DNA of 13,796 nt, taken from NCBI GenBank assembly GCA_002794465.1, contig MTSL01000218.1, positions 1 through 13,796 of the forward strand, read 5' to 3'. The position numbers and the translations under genes are program-made. Of this stretch, positions 1-6,373 are shown piece after piece. The stretch's first letter is position 1, and the number at the start of each line of letters is the position of its first letter. Origin of the DNA: Paramicrosporidium saccamoebae KSL3. Lineage: Eukaryota; Fungi; Cryptomycota. The notes under the pieces are model-generated. The model was not told where the DNA came from. It saw only the letters and a list, made by a program, of their open reading frames with translations, and searched no databases.

Positions 1-2
1 CC

Positions 3-1046
3 CAAGACTCTACTGATATTTTCAAAATTCTCCCTTGGGATGTGATACGCCGCCTCTTCAAATTTCTCGATATTACGTCACAGATGGAGATATTAAGGAC
101 AACACGCGAGGCACAGTATTTTCGGCGCCATGATCGACACTTGCGGAGGACTGTGCAATTTTCCATTAGAGGGAGTGCCGTGCTGCCCGCAGTACGCTTC
201 ATTACTGACCGACAGATCACTACCATTTATTCTTCTTCACAGAGTGCATGGAATACAATTGTCGCGTTGCGGATCAAAGGCAAATTGCGATCAGTGACAA
301 AAATTCATCTCCATAGTTTGGATCTTTCTGACGATCACGAAACGCTCATTGCCTTGCGCACCTGGAAGTTGGAGCAAGTAACTGTCAAGAAATGCCTGAT
401 AAGTGAAAGATTCGTCTCTTTGCTGCTCTCCAGGATGGAAGCATCAAAGATTTATTTTTTGAAATGTCGATCCAATCAAGTTTTGGTGGCTCCCAATTTA
501 GCGGATGCACGTCACATTATGCTCGATGTTCAAGAAACTCGAATATATCAAAGTGGCAACTTTGGATATGAAAACGGAACAGAGGGAATATACCGACGGC
601 AGAATGGATCCATTTACAAATGTACCTATGATGATAAACTCGTAGCCAGAAATCTTGAGCATGTATTGATTGTTAAAAGCCACCAGTCATTACGCTACCT
701 TTACGCAAATGGCCAAAATCTCCGTTCTATACACTTTTTGAATGGAGATTTTCACCTTGCAGAGTTCCTTGACGCTATTCCCCAACTCCCCAATTTGATC
801 GAAATTGGAATTCACAGCTATTGCCCGCGTAACGGTTCACCCGTCATTGAGCCACGCAGCTTGGTCGATCGGCTGCTTTGTGGCAGCCGAAAGCGCTTAT
901 TATGTCTTTCAATCTTGGAGTCCCTGCCGTCTGATCGGCTGCGTTCCTTGGCAAACACATACCCCAAATGTCGACTTGTATTTGACGCAGGGCTCTCGTA
1001 TCGCATAGCTAGTAGACACTGGAAATTGCCAAAGCAGGCACAATAA
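3..1046 (+). CDS. F-box-like / LRR-like protein, 5'-partial
   Basis: Frame is open from base 3: QDSTDIFKILPWDVIRRLFKFLD resembles the F-box LPxE/DVxxxIFxxL start, followed by LRR-like strands (VTKIHLHSLDLS, LEQVTVKKC, LRYLYANG, LRSIHF, LPNLIEIGI). The ORF track start at 42 is an internal GTG. Stop TAA 1044-1046. Confidence 0.6.
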   Translation, partial: QDSTDIFKILPWDVIRRLFKFLDITSQMEILRTTREAQYFRRHDRHLRRTVQFSIRGSAVLPAVRFITDRQITTIYSSSQSAWNTIVALRIKGKLRSVTKIHLHSLDLSDDHETLIALRTWKLEQVTVKKCLISERFVSLLLSRMEASKIYFLKCRSNQVLVAPNLADARHIMLDVQETRIYQSGNFGYENGTEGIYRRQNGSIYKCTYDDKLVARNLEHVLIVKSHQSLRYLYANGQNLRSIHFLNGDFHLAEFLDAIPQLPNLIEIGIHSYCPRNGSPVIEPRSLVDRLLCGSRKRLLCLSILESLPSDRLRSLANTYPKCRLVFDAGLSYRIASRHWKLPKQAQ

Positions 1047-1047
1047 A
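1042..1047 (+). terminator. AATAAA poly(A) signal overlapping the stop codon of the F-box-like gene
   Basis: CAATAAAAT; TAA 1044-1046 lies inside AATAAA. Same arrangement recurs at other genes in the window. Confidence 0.5.
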
Positions 1048-1055
1048 ATAGCCCC

Positions 1056-1064
1056 CATCCCTGG
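1056..1064 (+). promoter_or_regulatory. CATCCCTGG start-proximal motif, 8 nt before the CWF19L2 ATG
   Basis: Identical 9-mer at the identical distance occurs before the TAF10 ATG on the minus strand. Confidence 0.3.
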
Positions 1065-1072
1065 TGATATCG

Positions 1073-2296
1073 ATGAAGCGACAGGAATGGATGTTGGAAG
1101 GCACTCGGGATGATCCTTTAGGTGGATTATTTTCTGGGAAAAAAGAAAAGGAACCGGCTTCAAAAGCCCCAAAAGTGTCCACACGCGAACTAAATCCATA
1201 CTACAAAGAGGGAGGTTCAGGATTACCTCCAGGAGCTGAGCTGTTGACGCGGGGGCGCTTCGCAAAACCCACCGATCTGAATACTGAAACCAAAGATGAG
1301 ACTATGAACAAATTAGTGGCAAGAAAAGTGAGAGCCGAGATAGCTGGTGACGACGAGCTGGCTGCAGATATAGAGGCACAGATTAAAAGGTCGACGACGC
1401 CTCACGAGTCTACTCCAGGTCCAACTAATGACATCCAGAAACTTGTTATGGAAGAGAGACAAAGTTATCAACGAGGCTACGACCGGGAAATTGCCCAAAA
1501 GATATCAAAACAGGGACGCTTCAGCAACATTGAGGACTTTAGCGACGCGTTCCACGCCGGAGACAGGCGCCCAAGCAATAGAGATGCTATCCAGGAGGAA
1601 AAGAAAAGGGCAACAATGAGGAATCAGCTAAAGTTGGAAAAGATTCAAACACAATGTGAATTGTGCTTTGAATCTACAACGATCAACATGTCGCTCGTGT
1701 TGGCTATCGGGAATCTTGTATATCTATCCCTACCCCATACAGACTGCATTGATCCGTTTCATTGCCGGATTACACCAATACAACATGCCTCGTCATTTCT
1801 ACAATGTGACGACGACACTTGGGACGAAGTTAGGAATTTCAAAAAGTGTTTGCTGCAGCTTGCAGCTACCATCAATCGGACCGTAGTCTTCCTAGAGACT
1901 GCCAATAGGCCTGATGGACCATTCCACACACACATTGATGCGATATTCCTAAAGCAAAACACGACTGATCCAAAGAGTTATTTCCGGAAGGCTCTGATGG
2001 AATGCGATGAGGAATGGTCCTCAAATAAGCGTGTTATTGATACTGCCGAGAAGGGCGGTCTCCGTAAATCCATTCCGCGGGATTTCGCATACTGCTACGC
2101 TGATTTCAGGCTCGATCAAGGTTTCGCCCATGTAATTGAGGATTCAAGGCGGGTACGCTATGACTTTCTCCTCGATCTCGCTGCCAACTTGATGGGTCTC
2201 CAGAGACATCAGTGGAAGGGACAGGGCGCCTCTATGGACGGCAAGTTTCGCAAATTATACGAGCCATTCGACTGGACGGCAATGCTCCACCAATAA
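1073..2296 (+). CDS. CWF19L2: CWF19-like protein 2 (Cwf19; intron-lariat spliceosome factor, CwfJ C-terminal domains), 407 aa
   Basis: RELNPYYKEGGSGLP, CELCF...YLSLP...HCRITPIQH...DDDTWDEVRNFKKCL, WSSNKRVIDT, LRKSIPRDFAY, GFAHVIED and terminal FDWT match CWF19L2/Cwf19. First ATG is at 1073 (track uses GTG 1064). Confidence 0.92.
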   Translation: MKRQEWMLEGTRDDPLGGLFSGKKEKEPASKAPKVSTRELNPYYKEGGSGLPPGAELLTRGRFAKPTDLNTETKDETMNKLVARKVRAEIAGDDELAADIEAQIKRSTTPHESTPGPTNDIQKLVMEERQSYQRGYDREIAQKISKQGRFSNIEDFSDAFHAGDRRPSNRDAIQEEKKRATMRNQLKLEKIQTQCELCFESTTINMSLVLAIGNLVYLSLPHTDCIDPFHCRITPIQHASSFLQCDDDTWDEVRNFKKCLLQLAATINRTVVFLETANRPDGPFHTHIDAIFLKQNTTDPKSYFRKALMECDEEWSSNKRVIDTAEKGGLRKSIPRDFAYCYADFRLDQGFAHVIEDSRRVRYDFLLDLAANLMGLQRHQWKGQGASMDGKFRKLYEPFDWTAMLHQ

Positions 2297-2303
2297 ATTT
2301 ATT
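2292..2303. terminator. Palindromic bidirectional poly(A) signal AATAAATTTATT shared by convergent CWF19L2 and TAF10
   Basis: Perfect 12-bp palindrome giving AATAAA on + (2292-2297) and on - (2303-2298); each overlaps its own gene's TAA; only 5 nt separate the two stops. Confidence 0.6.
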
Positions 2304-2684
2304 AAGTGTAGTAGCTGGGCCGCTTAATATTAATACCATACTCGGCTAGCGCGGCCGTTAGGTCTTCCAGTGTCAGCGTGTTCTTCTTTCCGCTCTGCTT
2401 AGCAGTCGTTCCCGTTCGGAGCCGATGGAAATGCATAGCATCGTTTGCCACGTCCGTCACAAATTTCTGGCCTACCAGCGCCACCAGCCTCTTCCTAAGA
2501 CATTATCAACAGAAATGCACATTTACAGACGGAGGTCGTCGCACTGGACACCGGCCTTTGTCATGTAGTAATCCATCAAGGTGTCAGGGATAACGGGAGT
2601 GTGTGTTTCGAGCATTTGGAGGAGCTCCAGCAAGTCCTTATCCTGTTGGTCGGTAGAGTCTGCATCAGTTGGTTGATTCTCCAT
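2302..2684 (-). CDS. TAF10: TFIID/SAGA subunit TAF10, join(complement 2527-2684, 2302-2494), 116 aa
   Basis: Spliced product MENQPTDADSTDQQDKDLLELLQMLETHTPVIPDTLMDYYMTKAGVQCDDLRL-KRLVALVGQKFVTDVANDAMHF...TLTLEDLTAALAEYGINIKRPSYYT carries the TAF10 histone-fold signatures (PxIPD, KRL..L..QKF..D.A.DA, LTxEDL..AL.EYG...KRP.Y). Confidence 0.95.
2495..2526 (-). other. 32-nt spliceosomal intron in TAF10
   Basis: GTAAAT...TCTTAG on minus strand; removal joins CT|G and restores the conserved DxRLKRL segment. Confidence 0.9.
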
Positions 2685-2849
2685 TCAAAAGTCCAGGGAT
2701 GTTGTGCCATGCTGAAGTGTTATATAGCAACCAATGCAACCAAGGCTGTCAATGCAGCCAATGCAGTCAATGTAAACTTTTACCATAATCTCACAATCAA
2801 CGAGACCATATCTATTTTATAACTCCATGGCCGACCAGCCTTGGATTTC
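2685..2849. promoter_or_regulatory. Putative 165-bp bidirectional promoter between divergent TAF10 and AspRS
   Basis: Head-to-head starts at 2684 (-) and 2850 (+); contains TATATA (2721-2726), CCAAT/TCAAT repeats and the CATCCCTGG motif (minus, 2701-2693). Confidence 0.5.
2727..2771. repeat. Imperfect 9-bp tandem repeat x5 (consensus GCAGYCAAT / GCAACCAAT)
   Basis: gcaaccaat gcaaccaag gctgtcaat gcagccaat gcagtcaat read directly. Confidence 0.85.
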
Positions 2850-4732
2850 ATGTTGGCTCTATGGAGGGCGAGCACACACCCCGTCTTCCGTCGCAATGTA
2901 TGTCGTCTAATACAAAAACCGGGTGTATTGAACTTTATGAGTACTACAGCTGCGCTGAAATAACGCTGTAGAGCCTGAACTAGGACGTACAGAATTGATA
3001 CACAAAGTATCGGAGCACGTTGGCAGCAAGGTACAGCTCTGTGGGTGGATATCTCATATTCGGTGTCGCTCTGAGTATGTCTCTAATGCAGTAGACTGGT
3101 GGGTGGTGGACGCATATTCGCAGTGCTACGAGATCATAGTGGCTCCGTCCAGCTGCTTCTCCATCAACAAAATACACAGAGTTTCGAAGAACTCTTGCAC
3201 AGACTGGACGAAACTAATCACATTGAGGCCACTGTTTCCATAAAAGGCTCAGTGGTAAAGAGACCAGCTGGAATGGTCAATCCGGAAATGTCTACTGGCC
3301 AGTATGAAGTTCTGGTAGAAGATTTTTCAGTTTTGAACACTGCGTCGCAGCTCCCATTTACACCTACTTCTAATCCATTGGTACCATTGCACTCGTGGCT
3401 TATGTGCATAGCCTGATGAGGAATTTCGTCTAAAGTATCGATACATTGATCTTCGTCGCGATCAGCTGCAGCGAAATATTCGCCTCCGTGCCGCAGTTAA
3501 CCATTGTCTGCGCAACTTTTTAAACCACAAAGGTATACTCATCCGGTTCAAGTACTCCGGTAGGCTTTACTGAAATCGAAACGCCGCTCCTCTTTAAAAG
3601 TACGCCAGAAGGAGCTCGGGAGTTTCTGGTGCCTGCTGACCGCATTGCATTTGACACTTCCTTTGCTCTCCCACAGAGCCCACAACAGTTTAAACAAATG
3701 TTGATGGCTGCCGGCTTTGATCGTTATTTCCAAATTGCCCGTTGTTTCAGAGATGAGGATTTGAGAGCTGATCGGCAGCCGGAATTCACGCAATTAGATA
3801 TGGAAATGTCTTTTGCAGTTATGGAGGATGTGATGCAGACCACAGAAGAAACGGTCAAAAAACTTTGGAAGCAGGTCCTGGGGAACGAGTTGGCGCAGTC
3901 CTTTCCAAGAATGACCTACAAGGAGGCGCTTTCAAGATTCGGATCTGATAAGCCCGATACGCGATATCCCTTCCTCATCGAGAATTTAGGAGAGAAGGGC
4001 CATTTTGTCACGGAAAAGTTGACGATCCCTCCTATTGAATTTGGTCCTCGTATCTGGGATTCCATCTCTGCCATGATTGAGGGCAAAGCTGGCATTGCCA
4101 TTGACGGAAGGATGGTTGAGGAACTTGTGCAACCAGATTCAACGGTGGAAATCACAGTGACTCGGGACACGACGGATCACGTTGGGTCAACATTACTGGG
4201 AAAAGTCCGGTCATTCATTATTAGGAAGCTTGAAGAGACAAATCAATCTACAAGGTACCAGAAACAAAAACTGGCATTCCTGTGGGTCTATGATTTTCCC
4301 CTCCTAGCCCGGGCCGCCAATGATCCCGATTCAGGTCTCCCTCCTCGAGTATTTGAGAGCATGCATCATCCATTCACTGCACCCGTCCCTGAAGATCTTC
4401 ATCTACTTGCATCCTCTCCCCTCCAGGTTCGCGGCCAACACTATGATCTTGTTCTGAACGGCAGTGAAATTGGCGGCGGCTCCATCCGAATTCACTCGGC
4501 CGAACTCCAAGAATACATTCTCCGTGACATTATTCAGCTTCCAGAGTCTCATATTTCAAATTTTTCACATCTACTGGCCGCGCTGCGATCGGGATGTCCT
4601 CCCCATGGCGGAATAGCATTGGGATTAGACAGACTGGTGGCTGTCATGTGTGGTGCGGATAGCATCAGAGACGTAATTGCGTTCCCAAAGAATAGTGGAG
4701 GATTGGATGTCTGTGTTGGTGCACCTAATTAG
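2850..4732 (+). CDS. DARS2: Mitochondrial (bacterial-type) aspartate--tRNA ligase, join(2850-2940, 2972-3062, 3095-3380, 3412-3532, 3564-4732), about 585 aa
   Basis: OB-fold start GRT...VQLCGW...IFAVLRDHSG.VQ; EEFRLKYRYIDLRR; motif 1 GFTEIETPLLFKSTPEGAREFLVP; LPQSPQQFKQMLM; motif 2 YFQIARCFRDEDLRADRQPEFTQLDMEMSF; HHPFTAP; YDLVLNGSEIGGGSIRIH; motif 3 PPHGGIALGLDRL; RDVIAFPK. Exon 1 MLALWRASTHPVFRRNVCRL is Arg-rich and acid-free like a presequence (yeast name MSD1). Exon 1 and the C-terminal end are the least certain parts. Confidence 0.93.
2941..2971 (+). other. 31-nt intron 1 of AspRS
   Basis: GTACTA...CTGTAG, phase 1, removes in-frame TAA 2961 and joins the presequence to KPELGRT. Confidence 0.65.
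3063..3094 (+). other. 32-nt intron 2 of AspRS (alternative boundaries possible)
   Basis: GTGTCG...CTAAT...CAGTAG, phase 2, joins CGWISHIR to LVGGGRIFAVLRD. A frame change here is required; an in-phase GTATGT donor at 3075 and CAG acceptor at 3091 also fit. Confidence 0.7.
3381..3411 (+). other. 31-nt intron 3 of AspRS
   Basis: GTACCA...GCATAG, phase 0, joins LPFTPTSNPL to PDEEFRLKYRYIDLRR. Confidence 0.9.
3533..3563 (+). other. 31-nt intron 4 of AspRS
   Basis: GTATAC...CGGTAG, phase 1, joins FLNHK G|GC FTEIETP to rebuild motif 1. Confidence 0.92.
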
Positions 4733-4870
4733 TAATCAGTGAGCAAATTTATAGAACGGATTTATCTATAAGAGTACGGCACTGATTTGTGTCGAAAGTG
4801 TATTGACTCGGCCCACTGAGTTAATGGGACTGTTTGTGGAGTGCATCCAGTTAACAATTAAATATATAGT

Positions 4871-6340
4871 ATGGATCCGTTTGTGGCAGAGTTTCAAAGA
4901 GCCGTTCAAAAGTATGCCGGAAATACGGCACTGGTTAGTGGCGATGATGCATTGACCTACAGACAGCTAGATGAAAAGATCAAGAAATTCAGTGCTCGTT
5001 TGGAGGATATTCCCAGAGGCTCTGTTGTGGGAATGGCAATGCCAAATGGAACCGAGTTTGTTATTGTCTTTATGTCTCTCATTTCCACCGGCCTAGTGGC
5101 GGCCCCGCTGAATCCAATTTATACTACTGACGAGCTCAAGTTTTATCTTGAAGATTGCGATGCCTCCGTTGTCATATCGGATTTAGATAGTGTCACTGAA
5201 GCAGCTACCAATCTCCAAGTTCCCGTCATCTCACCTTTTGGAGAGAACTCGGTTACGACGAGTGCAAAGCCTAAACGTGGACTTGATGGGGTTGGGTTAG
5301 TGTTACACACGAGTGGCACAACCTCTACGCCCAAACTAGTGCCAATTCGCACGGCTGCAATGTTGCACTCTGTGCAGAGTCTCATCAAGGCATACCAGTT
5401 AACGGACAAGGATCGAATACTCATCGTCATGCCGCTCTTTCATGTTCATGGATTGATAGGATGTTTGTTAAGCACCATGTTCTCTGGAGGTGCTGTCACA
5501 ATCCCCGAGCGCTTCTCGGCCCATCATTTCAAGAAAGATTTGTGGAGTTTTGGAGCGACTTGGATCTCGGCAGTGCCCACCATTTATCGAATCTTGCTAA
5601 GCGATCCGAGTTATCTGGATGCAGAATACATTAATAGTCGGATCAGATTCATCCGTGCCTGCAGCTCTCCCCTTCCTGCCGACCTTTATGAGCATATGAC
5701 GCAGTTACTCACAGTCCCAATCTTCCAAGCATATGCAATGACAGAAGCCGCACATTTAGTTTCCACCGGATGCTTTGCCAATCCAGGACCCGCAGGTTCT
5801 GTGGGTCTTCCAGTAGGGTGTACAGTAGCCGTCTATGACGAAGACTTTAACCCTTGCAATGCCAGAGTTACCGGTGAAATTTGCGTGTCAGGGCCTGGAA
5901 TCATGACAGGGTATCTTAAGCCCAAGGCTGCAAACAAAACAGCCTTTGTTGACAGACACTTTCGCACCGGAGATCTCGGTTATTTTGACGACAACGGTAA
6001 CCTTTTCGTGTCGGGTCGGATCAAGGAGCTCATTAATCGCGGCGGAGAAAAGATTAATCCCAATGAAGTGGATGCAGTTCTACAAAAGTCCTCGATCGTC
6101 AAAGAGGCGGTTACCTTTGCCCTTCCTGACAATATATATGGCGAGACTGTTGCATGTGTGGCAGTGTTGGCTTCCACTGCTGATCGGGATGCAGCGCAGA
6201 CTATTCTGACTCTGCACTGCAAGACACACTTGGCACCCTTCAAATGTCCCTCAGTCTACTTTTTCGTTTCACAGATCCCCAAATCTTCTATAGGAAAAGT
6301 TCAACGGTCTAATCTGACAAGGCTGTATGGAAATGAATAA
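4871..6340 (+). CDS. PCS60: AMP-forming acyl-CoA synthetase, Pcs60/AAE3 (oxalyl-CoA synthetase) family, 489 aa, intronless
   Basis: LVLHTSGTTSTPKLVP, VMPLFHVHGL, FIRACSSPL, AYAMTEAAH, GSVG, FRTGDLG, GRIKELINRGGEKI, PKSSIGKVQR. HVHGL and AYAMTE are typical of yeast Pcs60/plant AAE3. Substrate is inferred from family, not shown. Confidence 0.82.
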   Translation: MDPFVAEFQRAVQKYAGNTALVSGDDALTYRQLDEKIKKFSARLEDIPRGSVVGMAMPNGTEFVIVFMSLISTGLVAAPLNPIYTTDELKFYLEDCDASVVISDLDSVTEAATNLQVPVISPFGENSVTTSAKPKRGLDGVGLVLHTSGTTSTPKLVPIRTAAMLHSVQSLIKAYQLTDKDRILIVMPLFHVHGLIGCLLSTMFSGGAVTIPERFSAHHFKKDLWSFGATWISAVPTIYRILLSDPSYLDAEYINSRIRFIRACSSPLPADLYEHMTQLLTVPIFQAYAMTEAAHLVSTGCFANPGPAGSVGLPVGCTVAVYDEDFNPCNARVTGEICVSGPGIMTGYLKPKAANKTAFVDRHFRTGDLGYFDDNGNLFVSGRIKELINRGGEKINPNEVDAVLQKSSIVKEAVTFALPDNIYGETVACVAVLASTADRDAAQTILTLHCKTHLAPFKCPSVYFFVSQIPKSSIGKVQRSNLTRLYGNE

Positions 6341-6341
6341 A
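6336..6341 (+). terminator. AATAAA poly(A) signal overlapping the acyl-CoA synthetase stop
   Basis: GAATAAATG; TAA 6338-6340 lies inside AATAAA. Confidence 0.5.
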
Positions 6342-6373
6342 TGATCTGGTATCAGTGATCGACCAATGGTGTG

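Noticed and set aside
2825-2864. Hairpin CCATGGCCGAC...GTTGGCTCTATGG as a structured RNA
   Set aside because: Needs bulges and G-U pairs, overlaps the AspRS start, and matches no RNA family I recognise.
2898-2973. GTATGT at 2898 as the AspRS intron 1 donor
   Set aside because: In phase 0 the nearest YAG (2949) leads to a stop and the other fit needs a GAG acceptor and a 76-nt intron; the 31-nt model matches the other introns.
4732-4873. Spliced AspRS-acyl-CoA synthetase fusion
   Set aside because: The only open route from the 4732 donor uses an atypical GAG acceptor (4774) and reaches 4871 out of frame.
6338-6358. Cryptic PTS1 by stop read-through of the acyl-CoA synthetase
   Set aside because: Extension would end in WYQ, not a PTS1 tripeptide.
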